The position numbers and the translations under genes were made by a program. Of a stretch of 64,000 nt of DNA, positions 21,391 to 29,959 are shown piece by piece. The stretch comes from Clostridiales bacterium (lineage in GTDB: Bacteria; Bacillota; Clostridia; Oscillospirales; CAG-272): positions 8,486 through 72,485 of the forward strand of contig DURE01000003.1 in assembly GCA_012837425.1 (NCBI GenBank). Reading direction: 5' to 3'. The notes beneath the pieces were generated by a model that saw only the letters and a program-made list of their open reading frames with translations, was not told where the DNA came from and did no database searches. Every line of letters begins with the position of its first letter. The first letter of the stretch is position 1.

Positions 21391-21477
21391 TCGAGGGGCG
21401 CCGCCCTCTTGATTTTTTGGGTGCTGCCCCCATACCCTCGCTCAAGAGGCTTTTTGAAAAAGTCCCCTGAGGATTCC
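21391..21477 (-). repeat. Dispersed intergenic composite repeat, copy E (reverse orientation, near full length)
   Basis: rc reads GGAATCCTCAGGGGACTTTTTCAAAAAGCCTCTTGAGCGAGGGTATGGGGGCAGCACCCAAAAAATCAAGAGGGCGGCGCCCCTCGA. Confidence 0.7.
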
Positions 21478-21611
21478 TAATGGGGAGGTGTTCAGGCATT
21501 AGGGTGTGGGGTTCCCTGCAAAAAAAGCACAGGCAAAGAAGCAGCAGACAAAAGAGACGGAGCCCCGCCCCTTTTGTGTTTATTCCCCGCCTTTTCCCGC
21601 GCCACTAATAT

Positions 21612-23834
21612 CTAATACCCATTAAATATTTCGGCTATTGCCCGGATTTCGGCGTCGGCCAGTCCGGCAAGCTCCTTGTACCGCACGGCAAGCCTGGGGG
21701 CGTATTCTTCACGCGCCTCAGCCAGTCCGGCCGCCAGAGACACAAGCTCCCCGGGAGCGGGCAGCCCGGCCGGCACCGGAGGGGGCAGACCGGCATAATC
21801 GAGAAAGGCGCCGATTTTCGGGTCGCAGGCTATCCCCGCGGCCGGCAGCCCAGCCGCCAGCGCAAAGACTAGCATATGCAGCCGCATACCGACCGCGACA
21901 AGGCAGCGCGAGAGAATCCCGGTTATTTCCGAGGGCGTCAAACAAGGAAAAATCACACCGGGATTTTTCATGCGGGCGATTATTTCCATTGTAAACTTCC
22001 TGTCTTCGGGCGCCAGGACAAAGAAGAGCGGCAGAGCACGGCAGGTATCGCAAATTTCGTCAAGCGCCGAGGCTAGTCGGAAATATGCAGGGTCGGGGCG
22101 GCGGGGATGTCGGGAAAAAACCCGGCGCAGGGATATTCCGACATACCTGTCTTTTCCCCCGGCGCTTCCCTTTTCGGCATATTTCGTCAGGAGAAAATTT
22201 ACTCTTTCCTCGCTTGCCGGTAAGGTCAGAATCCCGAGATCGGCATAGACCGACGCCCGGCGGGGGCTTACCTTAAGGCTTCTGAGCATGTCGTGGGCGG
22301 TCGGCTCGCGCAGGCCGACAAATACGGCTCTCCTGAGCAGGGCAGCAACCCTGAGGCGCGAACGGCCGCCATAAAGCGGGCCGAGCCCGCTGCCGGCAAT
22401 AACCAGCCGGCAGCCGAAAAAAAGCGCAAGACGGGAGACTGTGAGGTAATAGCGCAGTGAGCGCGGGCTGGTGGCATCCTGGAGCAGCGTGCCTCCCCCC
22501 AAAATGAAATACGACGCACGCCGCAGCGCGCAAAATACCGCGAGGGGATTTGTACGGCTCACACAACGAACGCCAAAGCGCTTTGCGCAAACCTTAGTGT
22601 TTGCACTGAGCACAACCGGCCGCACCTGGGGGGAGTATTTTTGAAGGCCTGTGAGCATCGAGTCAAGTATTGCATTGTCGCCGGCGTTGCCAAAGCCGTA
22701 ATAGCCGCAAATCACCGCCACCCGCTGCGCCCGGCCAATTTTGCGGTTTTTTTGTCGGTTATATAAAACCGCCTCATATACCCCGGCCACAGACCTGGCG
22801 GTTAAATCCGAGGAATTGTGAGCTATCACATATTCGCGGCCGAAGTTCCCCAGCTCCTGCCGCTCCTCGGGGCTCATGAGCAAAATGCGCCGCAGGTCCC
22901 GGTGGAGCGTTTCGGCGTCGGGCAGCGGGCATCCCCGCCCGCAGAAGTTTGAATGCGCCGGGATGTTGTCCTCTGACAGTATTCCGGCATAGCCTTCATT
23001 TCCGCAGAGGATTACCGGCAGTCCCGCGGAGGCTGCCTCAAGGGCCGCACGCGACACACCGACAAACACATCGGCCTCCGAGAGCAGTCTCTCAATATCC
23101 CCCCGGGCGCCGACCGCCTCAACTACCGCCCGCCCCAAGACCGTGTTTACCCCCTCGGCAAGCGCTCTTATCCGCTCGTATTCGCTGCCGCCACCCACTA
23201 GTGTGATTTTTACGTCCGGAAATTCACCTGAGAGCCGCCCGGCAATGCGGCAGAGCAGCTGCGCGGTAAGCGAGCAGTCGGGGTCCATCCGGCTGACAAA
23301 CAGTATGCGTCGGGCAAGAGGCGCCGCAGCGCCACGCGGCGCAAACCGTCGGGTATCAATTCCGTTCGGAATTACAGTTATATGCCCGGGATAGACGCCG
23401 CACTCCTCAACAAGAAGCTGCTTTATATCCTCGCTTACCGCAATGGTCCTCTCCCCCCAAGCCGACAGGCGCCGCAGCGCCGGGGTCATTTTAAAGAGCG
23501 CATGCGCCGTAACCACAAAGCCGCAGCCGTATTTTTTTGTGTACTTACGGCAGATGTATGCCGGCAGCCGCGCATGGGCGTGGACAATATTATAGCCGCC
23601 GCGCCTGAGCAGCTTTCGTATAGCGCGGCTTGACCTGATGAGATCCCGAAGCCGTCGCGAGAAGCGCGGCAGCCTTATGTGCTTCACCTCCCCGGACAGA
23701 GAGGCAGCCAGCGCGCCGCCCGGCGAGGCGACCGTCACCCTGTGACCGAGCGCGACAAGCCCGGATGCCAGTTCGCACACATGGGTTTCGGCCCCGCCGT
23801 ATTCGAGCGACGCGGTGCACAATAGTATGTTCAT
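21612..23834 (-). CDS. Fusion protein: GT4-type glycosyltransferase (N-terminal) plus polysaccharide pyruvyl transferase CsaB-like (C-terminal)
   Basis: 740 aa. N-terminus MNILLCTASLEYGGAETHVCELASGLVALGHRV and ...LEAASAGLPVILC (GT-B). Second half VAVICGYYGFGNAGDNAILDSML is a CsaB-type N-terminal motif. Confidence 0.75.
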   Translation of the reverse strand: MNILLCTASLEYGGAETHVCELASGLVALGHRVTVASPGGALAASLSGEVKHIRLPRFSRRLRDLIRSSRAIRKLLRRGGYNIVHAHARLPAYICRKYTKKYGCGFVVTAHALFKMTPALRRLSAWGERTIAVSEDIKQLLVEECGVYPGHITVIPNGIDTRRFAPRGAAAPLARRILFVSRMDPDCSLTAQLLCRIAGRLSGEFPDVKITLVGGGSEYERIRALAEGVNTVLGRAVVEAVGARGDIERLLSEADVFVGVSRAALEAASAGLPVILCGNEGYAGILSEDNIPAHSNFCGRGCPLPDAETLHRDLRRILLMSPEERQELGNFGREYVIAHNSSDLTARSVAGVYEAVLYNRQKNRKIGRAQRVAVICGYYGFGNAGDNAILDSMLTGLQKYSPQVRPVVLSANTKVCAKRFGVRCVSRTNPLAVFCALRRASYFILGGGTLLQDATSPRSLRYYLTVSRLALFFGCRLVIAGSGLGPLYGGRSRLRVAALLRRAVFVGLREPTAHDMLRSLKVSPRRASVYADLGILTLPASEERVNFLLTKYAEKGSAGGKDRYVGISLRRVFSRHPRRPDPAYFRLASALDEICDTCRALPLFFVLAPEDRKFTMEIIARMKNPGVIFPCLTPSEITGILSRCLVAVGMRLHMLVFALAAGLPAAGIACDPKIGAFLDYAGLPPPVPAGLPAPGELVSLAAGLAEAREEYAPRLAVRYKELAGLADAEIRAIAEIFNGY

Positions 23835-23910
23835 GCCAAGCCTCCCTGTCCGGCCTTTGCAAAAGCCCCCAATTAATATTATGCCCCGGCAGCACCTCTA
23901 AATCAGCGGC

Positions 23911-23965
23911 CGGGGGAATTTTTTCACAGCGGGGCCTCCTTTGCGGGGGCGCTGCCACGCGCCGC
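23911..23965 (-). repeat. Degenerate copy G of the dispersed repeat (hairpin module)
   Basis: GGGGGAATTTTTTCACAGCGGGGCCTCCTTTGCGGGGGCGCTGCCACGCGCCGC. Resembles the rc of the copy A hairpin GCGGGGCGCTGCCCCCACGCCCCC. Confidence 0.4.
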
Positions 23966-23985
23966 ATAGGTAAAAAGTAACGGAA

Positions 23986-24019
23986 TCAAATAAAAAGAAG
24001 CCCTCTGACGAAGGCTTCT
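23986..24019 (-). terminator. Rho-independent terminator after the glutaminase-like gene
   Basis: Minus strand: AGAAGCC ttcgtcagag GGCTTCT followed by TTTTATTT. Confidence 0.7.
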
Positions 24020-24035
24020 TAGCTTGCGCAAACCC

Positions 24036-25985
24036 TCAGAGCCTCATTTTTCCGCTGTACTCAAGCAGCTTGATAAACAGCCCGCCTATAACCGAGCGGT
24101 GGCGGAAGCTCTTCTCGATTATCTCGCCGCTGCCGTAGCTGTCGGGCACTCCCCTTCTGCTGTTGTAAGTCTTGTGCAGGCCGGTATGCGCCCAGTACCA
24201 GTCGGTCATAGGCACGCGGGAGGGGGTGTAGTTGTACATTTTCCAAAGCGGGTCTATTATTTCCTCAAAGCTCGCCCGGTCAGGAGCCAGCGTGGCGGTC
24301 CAGACCAACCAGTCGGACTTCGTGTAGGGCTGGCGGTTATCGAGCGGCAGGCCGTAGGGCAGTGTTTTTGCGCGGTAGGAGTCGACCTCTGACCGGTAGA
24401 ATTCGGGGGGCATTATGTTTGTCCCGAAGAGCTTATCCCAGACGATGTTGTACTTCATCGAAAAGCTGCCCGGGGAGTCAAAGGCCAGGCGATAGCTGCC
24501 GTCGCCGTTTGCGGCGCGCTCAAGCCAGCTTCCTGCTATGTCGCGGGCAATTTTGTCGTAGTGTTTGGCGTCCTCAGCTCGCCCGCTCATGCGGCAGAGT
24601 ATCGCCATGCTCTCAATTCCCATTATAGCCTTGAGCGACAGGTTGCAGTTGTGCGCCAGGTGACCGGCAAAATCGTCGGTGCAGAGTTGGTTTGCCGGGT
24701 CATACCCGTTGTCAATTAAGTATTTCACCCATTTTTCAAGCATATCCATGTGCGACAGAGCAAAGGACACGTCCCGGGAGGCAATCGCAGCCGTGGCCTC
24801 CATTATCAGCATGTTGCCGCACTCCTCGACCGGCATCTGCTTTTCGAGCCTGTTGCCGCCGTACACCTGCCCGTTGACCTTGGGATAGCGGCCGGCGTCA
24901 TGCGGAGCGAAATCATAGGGCCACTCGGACGAGGCGGCGTACCGGTAAATCGGGCGCAGCATGCCGCGCACCAGCTCGGGATTATATATCAGGAAAACCG
25001 GAATTGAGGGATAGCTGACGTCAACCGTGGCGGCACAGCCGTTTGAATAGCACTCCTTTGAGACAAAGAGCACTTCCCCGTTTTCATCGGCAACAAGCTT
25101 GTGAGCTCCGACCGCCTGCCGGAAGGCCATCAAAAGCAGTTCGGCGTATTTTTCGCCGCCGGCGCGCACCGCATCAAGGAACATGCGCTCCGAGAAGGCG
25201 CGGCAGCGGGCATACACCGACCCATAATCGGCATGAGCCATCCTAATTGCCTCTGTTATTGTCATACCCGACCGGCACCACCAGGCCGGTAGCTGCCGGC
25301 CGAAATATTCGATGCTGCTAATATCGTCATACGCAAAACTAAAGAGCGCGGGGGCGTCAAGCGGTACCTCGGAATAAATATATGTCATCCCGTCGCGCAC
25401 TTCGCTGCCGGCATTGGCGCCCTTAGCGCTCAGATAAACATATCCCCAGTCAATCCGGATGTCATCGCCGTCGTGTCCGAGCACATTTTGAACCGAATTT
25501 CCCATCTTCATGGAGACAATATCGCCCAGTTCAAGTTTTTCAACCGCCACGGGTGACTGCCCGGCATGGTCAAGGCAGAGCTGCTCCGAGACCATTATGC
25601 GCACGCTGACCTCATGCCTTGAACCATCGCGTGACTCGGCTGACAGTTCAAGATAGGTCACCGGCCGGCTCGTCAGGTCAAGGTCCTCAAGGAGCAGCGG
25701 CGAGGTAAAGGTTGCGCGAAGGGTAATGCCCGCGCCCTCGAATGTATAACAGGTAGAGAGCGCGCCAACATCAAGCGCGGTCTGCTTGAGCGCCGGGGCA
25801 CGGCAGGCAGCCTCGCTGCCCATGAAGCGGTAGGAGGTGCCGTCAATTGTTATGATTCCGAGTATTGAGTTGGGGCGGCCGGTCCAGTGGACGGTGTTGC
25901 GGTCATAGAGCCGGTCGGCATCCGACCAGACCGAAAAATACGGGTCGACATTGATAAGCGGAACCGCGGGGGGTCTGAGCAACAT
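24036..25985 (-). CDS. Glutaminase-A-like / DUF4965-DUF1793 family putative glycoside hydrolase
   Basis: 649 aa. N-terminus LRPPAVPLINVDPYFSVWS is characteristic of this family by recall. No signal peptide seen. Confidence 0.65.
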   Translation of the reverse strand: MLLRPPAVPLINVDPYFSVWSDADRLYDRNTVHWTGRPNSILGIITIDGTSYRFMGSEAACRAPALKQTALDVGALSTCYTFEGAGITLRATFTSPLLLEDLDLTSRPVTYLELSAESRDGSRHEVSVRIMVSEQLCLDHAGQSPVAVEKLELGDIVSMKMGNSVQNVLGHDGDDIRIDWGYVYLSAKGANAGSEVRDGMTYIYSEVPLDAPALFSFAYDDISSIEYFGRQLPAWWCRSGMTITEAIRMAHADYGSVYARCRAFSERMFLDAVRAGGEKYAELLLMAFRQAVGAHKLVADENGEVLFVSKECYSNGCAATVDVSYPSIPVFLIYNPELVRGMLRPIYRYAASSEWPYDFAPHDAGRYPKVNGQVYGGNRLEKQMPVEECGNMLIMEATAAIASRDVSFALSHMDMLEKWVKYLIDNGYDPANQLCTDDFAGHLAHNCNLSLKAIMGIESMAILCRMSGRAEDAKHYDKIARDIAGSWLERAANGDGSYRLAFDSPGSFSMKYNIVWDKLFGTNIMPPEFYRSEVDSYRAKTLPYGLPLDNRQPYTKSDWLVWTATLAPDRASFEEIIDPLWKMYNYTPSRVPMTDWYWAHTGLHKTYNSRRGVPDSYGSGEIIEKSFRHRSVIGGLFIKLLEYSGKMRL

Positions 25986-26011
25986 AATAAACCTCCGGAA
26001 AGTTTTTCAAC

Positions 26012-26030
26012 ACTCCACTCGTAGTAGAGT
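26012..26030. repeat. 19-bp palindrome, copy 1 (ACTCCACT cgt AGTAGAGT)
   Basis: Read directly. Lies 27-45 nt upstream of ATG 25985, in the 50-nt spacer after the DUF975 gene. Confidence 0.7.
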
Positions 26031-26035
26031 AGCAG

Positions 26036-26656
26036 TTACACGCCTTCAGCAGGGCTGTCGGCAAGGAAACGGGCCTGATTCTCAGGAACCTCGTATTTTA
26101 TTGATTCATAGAAGGCGGTAGTGGCAGCCTGCATATAAGGAGCAACATAGCAGATATAAAGAATACCAAAGGTAAAGGCCGACAGGATAATCCAGCCTAT
26201 AAAGCTAAGATGCAGGCAAAACAGCTTGCCCTTTTTGCCATACATGAGCTTTTTGCTTGAGTCAAGCGCGGCCTTTCCATCCATTTCGGGGTTGTCGGCA
26301 AGGATATAGGGCGCCATTGAATATCTGTAGGACGCAACGATGCCGGGGATGACGAAGAGCAGTGACCACAGGAAAATAAAAATAGTTTGCAAAAGCCCCA
26401 TGACAAGAGGGTTTCCGAAATTGCTGTCGAACGCGCGGAAAAGGTCGTTGAATTCGATTTTGTCGCGGCGGAACATGCCGACAAAGGCCGCTGATACGCC
26501 GACCATTAAGGGTCCCGATAAAATAAGTGTGCCAATGAAGAAAGAGGAAGCGGCGCTGAGGATGATTGTATTGACAAACAGCACCAGAATCGCCCAGCCA
26601 AAATTGCCGATCAGTTTTTCTCTGGCCTCGCGCCGGTATTCGCTTGCAGGCTTCAT
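26036..26656 (-). CDS. DUF975-family integral membrane protein
   Basis: ORF 26036..26728. ATG 26656 follows GGAGGAC. MKPASEYRREAREKLIGNFGWAILVLFV... is the typical family N-terminus. Confidence 0.7.
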   Translation of the reverse strand: MKPASEYRREAREKLIGNFGWAILVLFVNTIILSAASSFFIGTLILSGPLMVGVSAAFVGMFRRDKIEFNDLFRAFDSNFGNPLVMGLLQTIFIFLWSLLFVIPGIVASYRYSMAPYILADNPEMDGKAALDSSKKLMYGKKGKLFCLHLSFIGWIILSAFTFGILYICYVAPYMQAATTAFYESIKYEVPENQARFLADSPAEGV

Positions 26657-26830
26657 GAAAAAGTCCTCCATAAAAATTAAGAATTTATTATTAAAGCGGC
26701 ATTCTAATATATTATCGGTACAAGGCAAAAAGACTTTTCGGCATTAATTTTTGCAATGCAGCAATAATTCTCAGCTACCGATTTAATAATCAAGCGGGTT
26801 GAGAGCATGGTTTTCGGGTGCCGACAGAGA

Positions 26831-27523
26831 TTAAAAGCCGCCGTCGGAGGAAAACATTGTTAAAAAATTATCAATCATCTGAAGTACATCGGGCATGAAT
26901 TTAAAAACTAATACAACCATGATGGTGGAGAGAACAAGCACTGCGAAAAACGAAAACAAGTTTGTGCCCTTCTTTTCAAACTTTATGTCGGCCATGTATT
27001 TGAGCCGCTCGGGGATGTAAAAATGCGCGGTGTCGGGGTTTATTTTATACGCTGTTTCCCGGAATTCGGGTTGGCGCCCTTTTTGCGAACCTTCCGCCGT
27101 CTCGTATTCGGCGCGCCGCTGCTCCAAAGCGCTCAAATATTCGTCCTCCTCGACACAGTGCACAACCCTGCGGAGGGTGACCCCGTGTCGGAGGCTGCCA
27201 CGCACCGCGGGGTTTTTTTGATATCCCAGATCAGAGAGGGTTTTGGCGCTCCCGGGTGAGAAACACTCATTGGAAATGAGGGCGCGGACGAAATCTCCGA
27301 GAACTCTTTTGTTGAAAATCGCAATAAGCGCGGCAATGTTTATGCCCAAATAAAGTCCGAAAACCAAAAGCCGAAAGGATGCCGCAGATCTTGCATCAAA
27401 GGAGATGTGCTGATAGTTCCCGAACTCGGTGGAGAGGAGTTCTTCCTTGATAAACTCAAAAAGCAGCCTGAAAAATGATTTGCCCTCGTCGTTGGCGGCC
27501 AAAAAGAAGACTGGCCGGAGCAT
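26831..27523 (-). CDS. Hypothetical membrane protein
   Basis: ORF 26831..27562. ATG 27523 follows AAAGGAGG with a 6-nt spacer. Two hydrophobic segments: one after an N-terminal region of about 60 aa, one near the C-terminus. Confidence 0.6.
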   Translation of the reverse strand: MLRPVFFLAANDEGKSFFRLLFEFIKEELLSTEFGNYQHISFDARSAASFRLLVFGLYLGINIAALIAIFNKRVLGDFVRALISNECFSPGSAKTLSDLGYQKNPAVRGSLRHGVTLRRVVHCVEEDEYLSALEQRRAEYETAEGSQKGRQPEFRETAYKINPDTAHFYIPERLKYMADIKFEKKGTNLFSFFAVLVLSTIMVVLVFKFMPDVLQMIDNFLTMFSSDGGF

Positions 27524-27540
27524 CTGGTGCCTCCTTTCTA

Positions 27541-27559
27541 ACTCTACTGTGAGTAGAGT
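27541..27559. repeat. 19-bp palindrome, copy 2 (ACTCTACT gtg AGTAGAGT)
   Basis: Perfect 8-bp arms. Abuts the serS stop codon (27559-27561) and lies 18-36 nt upstream of ATG 27523. Confidence 0.75.
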
Positions 27560-28836
27560 CACTTAATCAGGTCAAAGCCGAGATATTTCTGCAACACCTC
27601 CGGTACTCTGACGCTTCCGTCGGCATTTTGGTTCTGCTCGACTATGGCGGGAAGGATGCGGCTGGTCGCCAGCCCCGAGCCGTTCAGGGTGTGGACATAG
27701 TCAATTTTGCCGTTTGCGCGTTTTGTCCTCATCATCCCCCGCCGTGCCTGGTAATCGCGGGCATTGGAGACCGAACTGACCTCGATATATCCGTTCATGG
27801 ACGGGATATAAATTTCTATGTCATATGTGCGCGCCATCGAGGCACTGCAGTCGCCGGCGGCAAGCTTTACGGTGCGGAAGTGGAATCCGAGGAGCTTGAC
27901 GAGATTTTCAGCGCTCTCGACTAGTTCCTCAAAGGCCCGGTCGCTGTCCTCGGGGAGGGTGTACTCAACCATCTCAACCTTGTTGAACTGGTGGCCGCGC
28001 ACCATCCCCCGCTCGGTGGCGCGGTAGGAGCCGGCCTCGCGGCGGAAGCAGGGCGTGTAGCTTATATATTTTTTCGGCAGCTCGGACTCGGGGATTATTT
28101 CGTCGTAGTGGAGAGATACAAGCGCGGTCTCGGCGGTAGGCAGCATGAAGCGGTGGCGTTCATCGCCCTCGGCTTCAAGCCAGAAGACCTCATTTTTGAA
28201 TTTCGGGAACTGACCGGCAGCAAGTCCGCATTCATAGCCAAGCATATGAGGCACAAGGAGAAACTCAAAGCCACGGCTCAGATGCGTGTCGATAAAGAAA
28301 TTCAAAAGCGCCCATTCAAGCCGGGCCCCAAGGCCGCGATATATCCAAAAGCCGCTTCCCGAGAGCTTGACTCCGCGCTTGTAGTCGATAAGACCGAGCT
28401 CGGTGCAGAGGTCGACGTGGTTTTTTGGCTCGAAGTCGAATTTTGGCGTTTTTCCGAAGTAACGGAGCGGTTGGTTGTTTTCCTTGCCGCCGGGTAAAAG
28501 GTCGGGGTCCGGCAGGTTAGGCAAAACTAACATGCAGGAGTTGAACCGGTCTTCTACCTCACGAAGCCTCTCTTCATTTTCTTTTATAGAATCAGACAGC
28601 TCCTTCATCTTTTTTAGCACCGGGGAGATGTCGACGCCTTCTTTTTTATACTTAGGAATTAGCTTTGTAACGCGGTTTTGTTCGGCCTTGAGTGCCTCGG
28701 TTTCGCCTATAAGAGTGCGGCGTTCGCGGTCAAGGCCGAGCAGGTTTTCAATATCTACCGCGGCATCATAGCCTTTTGCGGCAAGGCGTCCTATCACATC
28801 TTCGGGGTTTTCGCGAATATACTTAATATCAATCAT
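27559..28836 (-). CDS. serS: Seryl-tRNA synthetase
   Basis: 425 aa. N-terminal coiled-coil arm MIDIKYIRENPE...; class II motifs ...FRREAGS..., GSGLATSRILPAIVE. Confidence 0.95.
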   Translation of the reverse strand: MIDIKYIRENPEDVIGRLAAKGYDAAVDIENLLGLDRERRTLIGETEALKAEQNRVTKLIPKYKKEGVDISPVLKKMKELSDSIKENEERLREVEDRFNSCMLVLPNLPDPDLLPGGKENNQPLRYFGKTPKFDFEPKNHVDLCTELGLIDYKRGVKLSGSGFWIYRGLGARLEWALLNFFIDTHLSRGFEFLLVPHMLGYECGLAAGQFPKFKNEVFWLEAEGDERHRFMLPTAETALVSLHYDEIIPESELPKKYISYTPCFRREAGSYRATERGMVRGHQFNKVEMVEYTLPEDSDRAFEELVESAENLVKLLGFHFRTVKLAAGDCSASMARTYDIEIYIPSMNGYIEVSSVSNARDYQARRGMMRTKRANGKIDYVHTLNGSGLATSRILPAIVEQNQNADGSVRVPEVLQKYLGFDLIK

Positions 28837-28862
28837 TGTTTTGGGATCCTTCCAACAACATG

Positions 28863-29783
28863 CTATAATATGGTGTCACTGGCAAATAATGATTCTCCGC
28901 AGAGCAGAGTGAGCAGAGATTCAAGGTCTTCGTCATTTTCATATGAAAGCTCAAGCACTTTTTTCTTGGGGGAGCAGGAAATTTTCACCCGGCGCCCGAG
29001 TGCCTGCATAACCTTTCGCTCAAGTTCCTTCATATAGACCTTTCGCTGACTTAAGCCTTCGAGAATATATTTCTCGTCGTCATCCTGGTTATCCGGAAAG
29101 GCAAAAAGTGAGTTCATTTTTTTTATGAGCAACTCAACCTCCCGGACCGACAGCTGCTTTTGGATGATTTTTTCGGCAACGCTTACCATGGACTTCTTGT
29201 CACTGAGGCCCAATAGTGCGCGGGCATGTCCGGCCGAAAGCTCGCCGGAGCGAAGCAGCTCAAGCACCTCCTCGGGCAGGTCGAGCAGCCGGAGGGTGTT
29301 GGTGACAGCAGAGCGGCTCTTCCCTACTTTGCTGGCTACCTGTTCCTGAGTTAGCCCGAACCTTTCAATCAGGTCCATATAGGCCCAGGCTTCTTCGACC
29401 GGATTTAGGTCCTCACGCTGAAGGTTTTCAACAAGCGAGACCTGCGCCATTTGGAGCTCATCGCCGGTGAGTACAATTGCCGGAATTTCAGAGAGGCCTG
29501 CCATTCTGGCGGCTCTCCAGCGGCGCTCTCCGGCTATTATCTCGTAAGTTCCGGGAAATGCAAGGTTCTCATGCACGATTATTGGCTGCAGCACCCCGCA
29601 GTTTGCTATTGAGTCGGCAAGAGACTCAAGCGACTCTCGGTCGAAGTTTTTGCGCGGCTGATTTTTGCGCGGCTCGATGTCGGATATTTTGAGCATTACC
29701 CCCGCGCTTTTCTTGTTTTCGATAAAATTATCATCAAATAATGAATATAAATCACGTCCGAGACCGGCTTGTTTTTTTGACAT
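28863..29783 (-). CDS. parB: Chromosome partitioning protein ParB (Spo0J)
   Basis: 306 aa. GLGRDLYSLF, NQPRKNFD, GVLQPIIV, IAGERRWRAARMAGL. HTH region QEQVASKVGKSRSAVTNTLRLL. Confidence 0.93.
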   Translation of the reverse strand: MSKKQAGLGRDLYSLFDDNFIENKKSAGVMLKISDIEPRKNQPRKNFDRESLESLADSIANCGVLQPIIVHENLAFPGTYEIIAGERRWRAARMAGLSEIPAIVLTGDELQMAQVSLVENLQREDLNPVEEAWAYMDLIERFGLTQEQVASKVGKSRSAVTNTLRLLDLPEEVLELLRSGELSAGHARALLGLSDKKSMVSVAEKIIQKQLSVREVELLIKKMNSLFAFPDNQDDDEKYILEGLSQRKVYMKELERKVMQALGRRVKISCSPKKKVLELSYENDEDLESLLTLLCGESLFASDTIL

Positions 29784-29959
29784 ATCAACCTCCTTTGATG
29801 CACAAGAGCAACTTCATTATGTAATATTCAGGCGAAAATCTGACAAAATATTGTTAAAGATTAAGAGTTAAGGGAGTAAGCAAGGACAAAACCACAGAAA
29901 AATCGGTATTCAGCAGATATTAATTAGAATTAAATTAGGAAAGGCATTGCATCTGATTC

